From positions 868,001 through 932,000 of the forward strand of contig CM039009.1 in assembly GCA_017499595.2 (NCBI GenBank): DNA of 64,000 bases. Direction: 5' to 3'. Shown one piece after another: positions 20,753 through 34,604 of the stretch. The DNA comes from Psilocybe cubensis (taxonomy: Eukaryota). Position 1 is the first letter of the stretch, and each line of letters begins with the position of its first letter. A model generated the notes under the pieces. That model was not told where the DNA came from, did no database searches, and saw nothing but the letters and a program-made list of their open reading frames with translations. The position numbers were made by a program, and so were the translations under genes.

Positions 20753-21802
20753 ATGCGTGTGGCTTCTGTATTCCAGGTGCTAACCTGCCTCTTCTCTGTT
20801 TCTCTCGTTGCAGCCGTAGGTGGCAAGACAGATATATGTGGTGAATGTCGCGGTTCTCTCAATATTCCCAAACTTCTCTCGCCCAAGACCTTTAACGTCT
20901 TTGGTAACATCAGTATGTCCTCTTATCCTAGTTTTTATTGGTCGACATTGAACTTATCCATGCATCGCCAGATACTTGCCTTTGTTTATCTACCATTCCA
21001 AATTATATTGCGTCCAATTCACTGGCATTATCTGCTGTGTCATACGGTGGAAGGGATGCGGTGACTAATGCACTTACATCCTTGGTCAGTATCGTGGAAT
21101 TTGACTACAAAGGCTTGTAAAATTTTGACGTACTTCTACCAGATATATTCGGGAAATCATGGTACTTGCAACTACCCTGAACACTCACAACCGTCTTGCC
21201 AATTTGGAAATCCTTGTGGATTTACATGTACCGACGGGTAAGGACATCCTGGTAGCTGTCTCCGCAGTTTTTCATTAACGTGCGATTGATAGATTCACGC
21301 TAAATATACTGTCGTACCCCCCGAACTGTGTCTGTCCTAAGCCATTCACCGTATGCAACGGCCAGTGCGGTCTTTTTAAGGGCTGCCCTAGTAGCTATGG
21401 AAAGCGGTCCCTTTCCGAATCGTCTGGAAAGCTTCTGTGCCCAGTTGGACTTGCAGCATGTCAAATTATCGGACGAGGAACGGAGTCTTGGGAATGTGTT
21501 GACACCAAACAAGACCTCGAGAGCTGTAAGGCAACTCTTTTTTTGCTTTGACAAGATTTCTCATTTTAAATGGTTTTGTAGGTGGAGGATGTATGATCCA
21601 GTCCTCGCGCCCTGGATTCTACAAGGAAGAGGGTGTCGACTGTACCGCAATCAATGGCGTCTCCGATGTCTCCTGCATAGAAGGCAAATGCCGTGTTCGC
21701 CGTTGCATGCCAGGATATTTGGTCAACGAAGCCGGGGATAACTGTGTTGAGGATCATGGCTATTCCAAGCTGATCTCTCAATTTGATGGTCAGCAATTCT
21801 AG
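20753..21802 (+). CDS. priA: Secreted Cys-rich PriA/CPL1-like protein
   Basis: Signal peptide MRVASVFQVLTCLFSVSLVAA. Cys-rich body with SWECVDTKQDLESCGGC and GVDCTAINGVSDVSCIEGKCRVRRCMPGY, typical of the PriA C-terminal domain. Confidence 0.82.
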
Positions 21803-23416
21803 GCAAGGTAAATCAATTGCATTGCCCGTCAATATTTTAGCAAGGGACGTTAAATGGATCTGAATAGTTACCCTTCTTTTATTCTGGACATTGGTAGACC
21901 TACTCTGTTGCACTTTGGACGAGAATAAAGACTCTGAGATGATGTATATCGTTGTATTTGGGTCCAAGTGCGACACAGTTATGCCTTTTCCCTTTCAAGA
22001 AATTACTTATTGTTCTCTTTTTTAAAAACCTTTTTGGAGACACTATCATGATCGTAAAGATTGAAGCTTGAAGCTCCTGCGCAAGAAATTTGATCAACTT
22101 TTCATCACCCCTATCTCAGTTTTGACGCGAACGCGTTTGCACATGTTTGTCCTTCTTGGTCCTTAGGTAAACGATTGTTCCGGTTTGCTCCTGGAATTGT
22201 ACACTCATCGATGAACCATCCTTCATTTTTCCTTTTAATAACTTAAAAAGTGTAATTGAAGCGCCCAAGTCGAAATTCGCCATTCCGTCAATAAGATGAT
22301 CTACGCAGCACATATTACCCCATCTCTCTATCCTTTATCTGTCATCACTCCAATAGAGCCGGAATCTAGACCTCTTTGAAGTGACTCGAGTCGTGTGGTT
22401 CAATGGTACGATTTCGGGACTGGTGTCCTTGCATTCTAATCTAATGTTTAGCTATCTTTGATTTTGCTCCACTTTGGCGGATTGCAGGTATTGGTGCCTC
22501 ATTCTTTGCTCCCACAATTGATATGGCTTTCCCAAACTAAACCCAAATATATGCGCAATCGTCCACGATAACTGCAATATCCGATTCGCCCACTCGCTGA
22601 ACATGCCACAAAGGCCGAAGTAGCTAAAACGGTACCTATCTTCATACCTGTGTTGGTCCCAAAAAGGAGTCGCCAATAGTCGACTGACAGCCACGACCCA
22701 ACTGTGGTTATCAGGAAGTTCTTTAATCTTGGTTTTCTATATGTGGTGCACCCATGTGCGATGGTGGCGAGAATGAGATTGCTTGGTCTTCGCGAGTCGT
22801 ATGAGTCTTTTGGCGCCTATCAGCAATCCTCGCAGGCACTCTTATTACCCCGTATTCCAAGGTGTGTGATATCATAGCTGGACTATATCTTCGTTGGACC
22901 ATTCCTGGAAACACTCTGCTAACCCGTGTTGACTACCTTGCAGGATGTGGTGGGATGTGACATATCAACATACTATGCGAAGGCGTGTTTAATCACGGCG
23001 TGCCTAATTTTGGCTTGTCCGCAGGGGATCCATCGACGTCATTGACATATTTGACAACATAAAGCGCCAAAGATACCCGGAGTCCAGACCTTTTTTCAAC
23101 ATGAACTGAATGGGATCATACTGTCCTTGCTGAAGCACACGTATATGTGGAAAATCGCCGTGATTTCCACTCACAACGGCAGTTGACTGATAACATGTTG
23201 CATGAACTTTTGAGTTTGCGGGGGAACCTCCGAGGGCTTGTGACCATTTCTCCAGGTTCGGTTGTAATGTTTTCAACGGATGAATTCGGCGAGGTAGTAT
23301 TCCAAGAACAAGATCATCGCCGCTGGTGTGTAGGCTGTGTGGCAGCGCATGACGACATTGACATCCAATTGTTAGGCACCGACCGACATCTGTTCTTCTT
23401 AAATATGACGCACTCA

Positions 23417-26137
23417 ATGCTCGATTTCAGATATTCGTTCTCTTCTTGCCTCCCACATCTCAATGACAACGTAGCGCACTATTATCATCACATTAACCTC
23501 CCCCAGACGCCTTCCGTACTAGGCTAGCTTTGATCGTCGTCCCACACTGACTCGTGGGAAGGACACTGCCTCGACATCACCCGAGTCTGTCACGCTCAAC
23601 TCACCGCCAACGACTAGAAACACTTCTGCTTCTTCTGCACTGCGCGAAGGCATGCAGACTTTGGCGTGTACTCCAGTCAGACGTCCCTCCAACAGCCAAT
23701 TCGGTATGATATTTTGGACACTATCAGTCATTGTGCCCGTTAACCTGTGGCTATTTATTTACTGTGTAGCATGTTAGATTCAGTTCCGAAGTACTTTCCC
23801 AACTTCCTGTTGAAGTTCTGGCTGTCGACGTAGGTCATTTATACCTATGATGTTACATTTGTTGATCGAGGTGCTATAGGGGATCTATCCTTCCCACACG
23901 GCCGCCCAGAGTACATGTCTACGACGTGTACGACAATGAATTGACGGAAATTCACCAAAGTCCCAAGAAGTCGACCTCCGTTTTTCACGAGCTCAATATC
24001 GGACTTCTGGAAGCCGAGACCCGCAAGGCTCTTTCTGAAGCAGAAGGCGCTTTTGCGAAGCTAGAATTAGAGACTGAGGTCGTACTCAAAGATCTATTAG
24101 ATCGGACTGTATGGAGTGGGGGATCCTGTTCCACCAAAAGGTCACTTCCCTTCGATCGTAAATCTGTTGAGATTCTACGAAAGTACTTCGTTTTCCTACG
24201 CTTTCGTAACAGCGCTGGATACCGCGATACTGCTCTGTCTCTCACGAATTCGTATCAGGCAGATCCCGAAGAAGGGGTGGTGTACTCGGCTTACCGCCCT
24301 CTCATTGTTCAGTTTCGCTTGCGACACATTTTACGGGGCTTTATCAAATTCTTGAACCATACCTCTGCTGATGGTCCATTTACTAAACATGCCCCAGAAT
24401 TTCCTACATCTGGCATCTCGGTAGATGCTTTTCAGGAAGCGATGGATTTGTATTGCTGGAGCCTTTGCGAAGCAGAGCTGTGCATTGGTTTAGCGACTGA
24501 GGATCAAGAATTCATGCTCTCTGATCGCTGTTTCGGGACGTTAGATGAAGGATTCGATGAGGATCCGTACGTGAAATTCTTATCCACCCCCGCTATCATC
24601 TAACTTTTAACTAGGGAGTGTTGTGACCTTTTCTTCCCCATTTTCCCTACTTTGGCTCTCTATATACTCGGTACTGCCGGTGAACATTATCCCTCCACTT
24701 CGACGTACCTTCAGACCAGTAGATCCACTGTGTGGATTGACATCGGTTGTGAATCCGCTTCTGATGTCCATCTTCGGAACGCTATGATTCTTCAAACCTA
24801 TCCCGAGTTTCTATATTTTCAGTCTCTTCGTACTGTATCACTCTCAATATCATCGTATGATGAATTCCGATGGATCCAAGAGCATCAGGATTACAGCAGA
24901 CTCAAACAACGATGTCGGCAGAAATTCTTGCAAGAGACAGTCACGAAGACCTTGATCGTCAGGGGGTCACTAATTTTAACTGACCTGACCGATGAGGTTG
25001 TCCTTATTGGAGATTCGGCTGTAGCGCATGGGTCTTTCTCCGATGTATGGAAGGGGGTATGGGATGATCCCATCGAAAGGCGCCCGCGAACTGTACGGAA
25101 TCCCATACATCGATCAATGCGATAGGCGCTGACTGTATCCTTAGGTAGCGCTCAAGTTCCTCAGGCAGATCATGGTACAGAATGTTCGCGAAAAACTTTT
25201 GAAAGTAAGTTTCTATTGATTAGCATCTAGCCTGTAAACACATACTGATTATATATTAGCGTCTTCAAGCAGAAGTGGTTGCATGGCATCGTCTTTGCCA
25301 CAAGAACGTTAGCCAGCTATTTGGGATTTTCCAGTCCCCAAATAGTATAGCTATGGTATCGCAGTGGTGCGATAACGGAACTATCTGTAGCTATTTGAAG
25401 AATACTCCAAACGCGAACCGCCTGAGGCTCGTAAGTGGCTCTCCAGAAAGGTTGCGCAACTTTTGTTGACCGTCTCCACGATAGCTCATCCAAGTGGCAT
25501 CAGGCATCTCGTACTTGCACGCCGTAAAGCCTACTATTGTGCACGGTGATTTGAAAGGGGTATGTGAATGTATTTTACCTCCTGACCATGATGTTGATGT
25601 CATGCGCAGGGAAACATCCTGATAGATGAGAATGGAAACGCTATTATCTCTGACTTTGGGTTGTCCAAAGTTTTGGAAGAAGAGATGACGGACGCCAATT
25701 CAGGAACATCCTTCTTCGCGGGGTCAACACGATGGATGGCTCCCGAGCTCATCTTCGCACTTGTTGAAGATAATGGTGTGATTCCTCCAATATCTACCTA
25801 CAGCGATGTTTATGCCTTTGCATCCATTTGTCTTGAGGTATTTTTAGTGGTGATGAACTGGATTATACGAGAACGCTGACATCCGAATTCGCGAACCCAG
25901 ATTGCTTCGGGCCAGCTTCCATACCCTAACCGTTCGAATGACCACTCCGTGACAGTCGATGTTATACGCGGTATCAAACCATCAAGAACATCCGTGTGCT
26001 TACTTGGACTCACATGCGACGGCGAAGAAGCATTTTGGAGCATGTTAGAACAATGCTGGAGCGTTGAACCCGCTTCGCGTCCTACGATGCCACACATGCT
26101 GTCCTTCCTGGAGGTTTTGGAGGCGTCTCGGCGATAA
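23417..26137 (+). CDS. Protein kinase (TKL-like) fused to an N-terminal DUF4238-like domain
   Basis: Kinase motifs: HGSFSDVWKG, VALKFLR, IVHGDLKG-NIL, SDFGLSK, GSTRWMAPE, SDVYAF. N-terminal region: KYFPNFLLKFW, LRKYFVFLRFRN, EFMLSDRCFG, FFPISPTLAL. The start at 23417 is inferred from in-frame introns. Confidence 0.8.
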
Positions 26138-26725
26138 ATTGGTTCTCGGATTTTGCTCTTTGCCTTTGGCTCCCCATCACGCGATTTGACTTGCTATACC
26201 TCTGACTTGCTATACCCCTATATTCAATCTTCATCGCATACTGGCTGTGTACCACAGGGTGTCCAATTTCTTTCGCCCCGTTATCTGTAATTTTTGCCAC
26301 TTTGTTTTGTGTTTTTCATTCCGCACACTCAACGCGCTCGTTCGCTCGTTTCTCTCTTTCTTGTACAGTGCTGTCCATCTAACCTCACGCGTCCATTGCC
26401 ATTGCATTCCTCTCTGTGTATATTATTTGTATGACTACGTTCATTTATATTACTTGTTATTACATTCCGAGCGAGTCAAAAGACGTTAATTCGTCACCAA
26501 ACTGTTTTCACACCAAAAACTTCCAGATGTTGAGGGAATTGCGCGTAGAGGCCTCAAGGCCTCCGGTGTGATGTCACATCGGAGTTCATGCGCATCACGG
26601 ATAATGCCGTGAAGTGACTTGAACAGAAATTAAAAGATATCAAGTATAATAAACTCGAAACCGATTTTCTTCCCCTCTTTTGTTGATTTGACTTTTTTTC
26701 GTGTTTGGTTCATCTCCCCATCATT

Positions 26726-29430
26726 ATGTCCAACTTGTCTCGCAAAAATCGATATCACAATGCAAAGCTGGTGCTCTGCATTGACATCGGCACTACATTT
26801 ACAGCGGCATCGTATTGCCTGGTACCCCCAACTGACAAAGAAACCATAAAATTTCAGGAAATCAATCGTTGGCCAAAGCAGGTGCTTCCTAAAAATTACT
26901 CACGGCCTTTATGTGAGAGAACTAACAATGAAAACAAGAATCATCCAGATGCAAAGGTGCCCTCGATTATTTACTACGACAAGGAAGGGAAGCCTCGCCT
27001 CCGTGGTGCCGAAATTGAGGATGAGGTATGAATCATCCCATTTTTTAGCTTCAAGCATGATCCTTACATGCGAATAGGAATCTAAGATGGAGGCAGAAAT
27101 ATCGGACTGGAGACGGGCGGAATGGTATGTTCAAATTTGTCCGTGATGTTTTTTAAATGGCTGATTTGCATCTCACAGGTGGAAGATGCTACTCCGCCCA
27201 TCATATTTTTCTTTGCCGGAAGGTTTTTCCGCAGCTGCGTTGCCGCCTCGTGTTACTGTAGAAAAGGCGTTCGAGGATCAAATGGCCTATGTTATGGAGA
27301 ACGTACGAAGGTTCATCAATACCATGTACCCTGATGGCGTAGATCTTTGGAACACGCTCCATCAGTCAATGGTTCTTGTCCTGACGACACCAAATGGATG
27401 GGATGGCCTTCAACAGCATAAAATGAGAGAGGCCTCTGTAAAGTCTGGATTGATAAAGCCTGAGAAACGAAATTACGTCCGATTTGTCTCCGAGGGAGAG
27501 GTATGGGGCGTCTAATTCAAAGAGCACGGCCAAGCTGATGATGATTCGAAGGCTGCCATTCATTACTGCATAGACAATACACCAAAAACTTTGTTAAAGG
27601 TGCAGTATGAGAAATTTTCAAGAAAAGCTTTCATCGCAGCTCACCTTCACCACGCATTCAGATTGGATCGACCATACTAGTATGCGACATTGGAGGTGAG
27701 TAGATGTGGGATAGAAAACTCGCTGTTGTACCATTTGCTGACATTATACATATACCACCTTTTCAACTAGGTGGCACAATCGACCTCGGGTAATAATTAT
27801 CTGCAACCTGAACGATGACACCGACTGAGCTTCTATTGGCAGAGTTTACAAATTAGACAATCTAGAGCCGATAAGTTTGGCGGAAGTGGGGCCACCGAGC
27901 TGTATGTTTCTCACCGTCTGTAGTTATCGAGCAGCACTGAAATATTCATTATGGATCTACAGGCTATCTCGCGGGCGGAGTATATGTCGATTATGAGGCA
28001 AAAATATTCATTAGAGGCGCGCTTATTTTAACTTAATGCTATCCGTCAGATTCCGCAACAACAACGTCATTTTATTTAGATAAACTTTCCGGTTCAAAAT
28101 GGGGCACAAACGACGATATAGACAAGGCTGCCCAATGCTTTGAGAAAGGGGTAAAGCGGCTCGTATGTCATCACTCTATATCAATATCTCCTTGACACCT
28201 TATGCGTACGCTTCACAGTTCACTGGAAAAGAAGATAGTCGTTTCCTCAACCTTAATGGGAGCAATGCGTCAGATGAGTCGAGGGGAATCGTCCGAGGAA
28301 GACTCAAAATGAAAAGGTTTGCTTTATTTCATACGACTCGCTGGATTGTTATCTCCTAAATTCATCTCCGACTTAGAGCAGATTTGATCAAAATTTTTGA
28401 ACCTTCAATCAGGGTAATCCGTAACGCACTGATGGAGGCGTTAACCACGTCGACGTCTCGCATCGATGTAGGTTTTTAAATTTGCTCCCTTAAAAGCACT
28501 TTTTAAACAAGTGACATAGCAAATTTTCGTTGTTGGAGGTTTTGCAGATTCCCCTTACGTATATTCTCAAATCGAGGAATTTTTCAAAGGCCACAAGATC
28601 CCAGTTTGTAAACCAAATGATATCATGTCAAAAGCTATCTCCCATGGTGGGCTTAGATGGCACTTCGACTCCGGTGTTCAAGTTAGAATTGCGAAGCTGC
28701 ATTACGGGGCAGAGACGACAGTTCTGTACGATCCAAAGGATGCTGAAATGGTAGGACGAGCCAAATTTCAAAACTGTCGAGGTGAATGGCGCGTTAGAAA
28801 TGCCTGGAAAACTATAGTTCCCAAGGTGAATTTACGACTAATTTCACTGGAATATTAAAGGTTATAATTACTTACTAAAATTCTTAGAATACCAGAATAA
28901 GAGGCGAAGACGAGCATAGAGAAATTTTCCATATTGAATTTGAAGATCCCTCCGACCTGGAAGTGGAGTTGGAGTTGTTTGCATATCGTCTGTTGGAGCC
29001 ACCTACATTCCTACGAAACAAAGGTAGGATGAGTCGTGATACTCATAGCGAATCAAATCTAATTGTGTATGGCTCAAAGATGGCTCACTGGTGGAAGGAA
29101 TCATACACCTTGGAACCGTCAAAGGCAACCTTCGGAGATGTTACGAGTTTTCAAAACTGAAAGTTTCCAAGGCGGGAAAGCAATACAAAATTCTCGAGGT
29201 ACGTGCCTCATTCCTTCGATACCAAATTTGGCTGCTTCTAATACCGAGAAATTCTCTGGTAGTATCAAATTTGTCTGTACTTTGGCGATACAGAACTGAA
29301 GGCAAATTTGCGATGGAAAGAAAATGTGATTATTCACTTTCTTGCATGATAGTCTGCAACATTGATCATATTGTATTAGGGAAAGACCGTGGTTGGCGAC
29401 GCCATCATCTCGTACGATGTGCATCTCTGA
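26726..29430 (+). CDS. Atypical Hsp70 / actin-like ATPase (HSPA12-like fungal family), multi-exon
   Basis: LVLCIDIGTTFTAASY, KVPSIIYYD, LTTPNGWDGLQQHKMREA, RFVSEGEAAIHYC, VCDIGGGTIDL, FVVGGFADSPY, C-terminal ICLYFGDTELKA. Stop at 29428-29430. Confidence 0.85.
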
Positions 29431-29569
29431 TTCACCTCGGAATACTACTAAGCTTGCCACATTCTTGTAAAAATTTTCTTTTTTCTTGTCACTAGTCCCA
29501 ATCAATAATCTTGGTTGCTTGTAATTTCCGGTTATGTGCTACTATGTATACATGTAGACTTTCAGACCA

Positions 29570-31101
29570 CTAGACTTCTTCATCCTCATCCGCTAGGCAC
29601 CATTTCACATCAGATTCCGTGATAACAAGTGGTATAAGTAATTTTTTGCGCTTCCCATTTTCATCTATATCCAGGTTAAGTCCAAATCGAATGGTACCCA
29701 ACACAGAATCGCTGCCCTTGGATTTGACGTCGGGATATGCTGCGTTTCTCATTGAAATTTGGTATTTGCGACAGGTATCTCGCTTGGTTCTGGGACTAAA
29801 GTATAAAAGTTTGACCTGCGAAAAGAGCATGTCCCTTTGAATTCGTAATGACAAATTGCGAGCTCTATCAGTGATCTCCTGAATGAGTTGAGTGTGGATA
29901 TCAACGACTTTGACTGCGTCGTGGTATTGGATTCCATGAGTTGTGGTCCCTTGGCAGTATGCAGAAACAATGATGCCTTTAAAGGCAGACGAGATTTCTT
30001 GGGGAACATTTTTAGCATCTCCTTTGGTGATGCCAAACTCCGCGTCTGCTGTCATAGATTGCCACTTCCGAGCCAAGGTTGGTTCTACAACATACATATG
30101 TTCCGTCAGCTTAGGGTATCTTCTATACAAATATTAAATATACCAAGCTCACCATTCTTTTTGATATAGAAATATAATTCCTCATTGTGTTTGTTGTGTT
30201 CCTTATTGGTCCCCCAAAAGTTCTTCCCTTCAAAGTAGGCTGTATAGAGTAAGGAACAGATCTTCTCGTGCATGATCCAGTCCAAAATTCGGCCCTTTGA
30301 ACTTTCATTACGGGAATATTCGACCATGGCATCGTACAGGGCAACTAATGCGTTGTTTTGGCCTTTAGAAATCACAGAGAACTTCGTTTCTGTAATTGAT
30401 GCTCTATAATTTTGTCCTGTAACTCTTTTCATAGGCTTTGGTTTGATACAATCCAGGATGCTCATGATCATATTGTCGATGGTGTTGTTGAGATCCTCTA
30501 CTTGTGCTTTGACATTTGCCACGGAGATTTGATCTGCCATGAATTGAAATGGGTTCAGCTGTAGATTCTCGACGACGCCCGTGTAATCTTGCTGTCCTGA
30601 TATCGCATCCTTTGACGTTATAGTTTCATCCATGACCTTAGAAGATTTTGACAGTGGTGTTAAAATAGAACTGTATTAAATGAAGGTAAGCACTCTTAGT
30701 TGTTTGAATAGAGGAGAAAAACATACAGATCATCTTCATATTCATCGGAGTCGTTAACTCCCTTTCCTGGCATACCCTGTTCGTGGAACTCTTCGCTAAT
30801 GTGAGTCAAACTGGTAGGTTGAATGATTGAATGTAAGGTATCAACGATGCCGTTACTCCTTCCGACTTGAAGCGTACTGTTAGCCACAGTTGGAGAAAGA
30901 GAAGGTGCATATCGTTCTCTGAGCGAATCTGAATATCAACATCGTGCTATGATTAGCCTTCTAATTCACTGACTTGAAGCCTTGAATCATACCTGACCGG
31001 CGTGGACCCCTCAACGTCATTGAATAAGGCTGGCGGACAGGACTTGTATCTTGCTTTATTGGAGGTCTAGGAGACTTTCGGATAGACTTGGGGGAATCCA
31101 T
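29570..31101 (-). CDS. Hypothetical coiled-coil protein with a putative GrpE-like C-terminal beta domain, convergent with the Hsp70-like gene
   Basis: Exon ORFs 30696-30887, 30106-30633 and 29570-30130 are joined by canonical introns. Coiled coil VKAQVEDLNNTIDNMI, C-terminal VLGTIRFGL...KKLLIPLVI. ATG at 31101 is inferred. Confidence 0.65.
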
Positions 31102-31430
31102 GCAGCGTAAAGGATGAGGATGTTGTCCTTGAATTTAAAATGCGTCTTCTGCCCTTTTCAAAGTTTTAGGTTGGATCGCAAGTTGGCACGGCAATTACCG
31201 CAACCCGTGATGAATTGATGCCATTGATACCAAGTGATACCCTCATGGGCGCCAATCAACTGGTTGCGATTATCAATGAAGGTGACTGCATACGAATGCA
31301 TATACTTATGTACATGCAGTAAATAGAATGATTGCTACATTATATTTAAAGGACGAGTAATTAGTTTATGAGGACCCCCATGACGTAGAACGTCGGACTC
31401 TCCGTTTGTGCATTGGGCTGAGGTGACCAG

Positions 31431-32624
31431 TCAGCGAAATAATCTGAGAAAAGGTGCACTGTCTACTTGCCTACGAAGAGTACAATGCACGGTAGAGCCA
31501 TCCCTGCTGACAATAGGAAGGACAATCCATATTAACGCTTTACAATTCGCAAAACATTTATTGATAAGTGGGAGGTAGATATCTTCCCACCCTTCTGAGA
31601 ATGGTCGTCGTCCAGTAAGCATTAATCGCCGCAGTGAGGAGAAGTTATGTATCTCCATTGATACCTGTTCAATAAAGGCCTGATATACTTGTCAGCCACA
31701 ATGGTTTTGAGTAATAAATAGAACACTTGCCTCTGACATCTCCCTGACCTTGATCGCTACCTCACAGACTGCCGGAAACTTCAATGCAATAGCGGCAATG
31801 AATTCTGACTTGATGACGGCTGCTTGAAACGTGAAGAGGCCATGCTTGATAGAACTTGAGTGCGCTCCAATATCGATGAATGGAGTAATGTCGGTGCACT
31901 TTCGATGAAATCGAAGCGACACCCTTGTGATGGGCCTTCCGTGCATCAGAAGGCGGACGGTTGCCATCGGGGTCTCGTCAGACCATGATAGAGAGTCAAG
32001 GTTCGGAAGGATACCTGGTGAGATGATGTCTTTGTCGGGATGGATGGTAATAGGGCATTGTAGCTCCTTCATTTCACGTTGACTTTGCAAGAATCTGCCC
32101 ATTGCTGCGCCCCATTCCAACGTCGTGATAAATATCCTGAGTTGGAAAGGGGCATTACCAAGAAGACGAGCTGCGGTGCTGTCGATACTGTCTGACGGCA
32201 GAAGCCGTAGCTCGAGCATTCGAAGATTGGAGAGCTTCTGTATCGTTGTGCTGATTAGTGTCATGTAATCCTGCAGAACGTTCCGAAATGACAGGGATTT
32301 CATTGGATTTCCCAGTTTTCGCAATCGTTGGAATGTCTCCATCTTAGACAATGGAGCACAGATATCGGTTTTCGACATGACGATAGACAGAGACCAAACG
32401 TAAGGCGCGTGGTGTTTGTAGAAACAAACAGAAATGAGGAAGTTTATCGTCCTCGAGAGGTCCATCTTTGGTATTATGCGGTAGAGCACCCGTATAGAGA
32501 CCTGGTACAGATATCGACATGATTGGGCGACATGGTAGATATCGTGGTTGGTGCAATAGGCAAATATCTTCTCATATAGCTCGCTGGGAAGGGGGAACGA
32601 ATTGATCGTCCTCAGTTTTCCCAT
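31431..32624 (-). CDS. F-box protein with LRR-like solenoid
   Basis: N-terminal LPSELYEKIFAYC..DIYHVAQSCRYL followed by LxxL repeats (LSNLRMLEL, LPNLDSLSW). One intron near 31.7 kb. Confidence 0.75.
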
Positions 32625-33670
32625 TGTTCGATCTTTACTCTAAATGTCTCATTTTGAATAGGGTAGCACGTTAAATCGAAGTAAAGACAGTACCTTGGCC
32701 TAATCGAAAGCTTGCAGTTAGGTTGTGGAGAAACGAAACATAAAGTCAGGCCCGTTGGGTATTCCTCGGGAATGAAAGAAGAAATAAATCATCCTAAGAA
32801 TTTGGACAAATATATGCCCCATATATGACAAGACACGAGTATGCCCGCTGACAGTGACATTCCTGGCGTCTCCAGGCTCTAGTTGAAGTTAAAGCTCAAC
32901 TGACTTGCAACCCACTTCAAGTCCATGCGCACAGGCACACGTGTATCACTGTATGAAATGCCAGAAGTAAATAAGTAGGACCTCTGACACCCGTCTGAAC
33001 GTCAACCTACGGTGTCTTCACTGACTAGGAGAAACATTCATAAATTCATATTCGCTCCCAGTGTCGCTTCACTTTATTTGCTAAATAATGTGCTTAACCT
33101 TCAATTTTGGATTCTATAGTGGCTAATAACGTACTTGTAACCAAAATCTCATTAGAAGATTGAAAATTTTAGCCAGAACTGTAAGCTAAACGTTGAGCGG
33201 TAAGAAGACACACTAAAACAAGAAACGGAGGATTTCCACAGTGGACAGTCTAATACTCTCAACTTCGCTTCACAAAATGTGCTACTCACTATACTTCACT
33301 ATCCTTACACTACGTTGCAATAACTATTTTCAAGTTTTTACTCAGCTAGACCGAGAATTATGTAGCAAGTCGATTTACACAAATTTATCCAATTTAACTA
33401 AGAGTATAATTGGATTGTTATGAGCGCACCAAAGACTTACTCTGAATACTATACCGAAGTATCTAGGAGAGACTATTTCCCCTGTGAAGCGCTTAACGAC
33501 TCAAAGTTCAGTAGGGTGTCGGAGGTCTTACCTATCTATATGAGGTGTTACACGTGATACAACTGTCGAATAAATAACGGCAAATAACAGCGCGTCTCTG
33601 AAGACAGACATGACAGACATGATTCTGCTCCTTTCTCAGGTCAACTGACTTCACACTACATCAAAGTACA

Positions 33671-34288
33671 ATGGTTCGTGTATACAGAGCTTGGTGTTTG
33701 GGATATACTTATATTCGAGATATAGGCACTTAGGCAGTCTACACAACCATCAACGTCAACGGCAAGGACGTCTTTCATATCACAACCAAATCATGCGAGC
33801 GCGAATCCAGCTCAAGCACCAAATCCTAATGCTGCCATGTCACCTGAACTCGAACAAACGCTAGCGATGCTTTCCTCACACAGATCTGTTTTGGGCTACA
33901 TGCTTATCACACGCGGTCATCATCCGAGCATTATCAGACATTCTGGTGTTATTTTCGAAGGCGAGCAAGGGAAAAGATATGCCGCAGTAGTTGCTCGGAT
34001 AGTGGAAAGTGTACAAGCAGGTCTTGAAGAAGTACGAGTAGATGATGGTCTAGGTGCTGTGGCTGGAGAGGCCGAAGTGGTACGTTACAATGTATCCTCT
34101 TATTCATTCGGTATTCTCATCGCCCTTTCGAAGGATGAAGTCAAGTTTATGAGAATTCGCACAAAGAAGCACGAAATTATGATTTCTCCAGGTGTGAATG
34201 GCCCGTTGTGAATCCTTGAGGTGAACTAAATATTCATTCATTAGATGATAAGTATCTGCTTGCTGTTTTACACGACCCTACGACATGA
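33671..34288 (+). CDS. Roadblock/LC7 dynein light chain family protein
   Basis: ELEQTLAMLSSHRSVLGYMLI ... [31 protein letters not shown]. ATG at 33671 is followed directly by an intron. Confidence 0.85.
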
Positions 34289-34604
34289 GAACCATCCAAT
34301 GTTGCCTTGCATCCCATTTCACGTCCATCCTTCAACTGAACCTCATATTCGTGTATCAACATGTAATGCTTTCCCCCACGGATCTTATGCTATTCCTGAT
34401 GTACCACCCTATGACCACAGCTTGCAATGTTATACAAGTAATAAAGGTGCATGAAATCCATTCACCTCTTTTCGGAAGAGGGGCCACCGTCATATTAGTA
34501 ATACATCAAATCCCACCATTACACGGAATTCCCCAACTTTCATATCTACACCATCAAGAGATCGCGAGCATATAAACACTCAAACAGGCTTGATTTTCCC
34601 CAGA

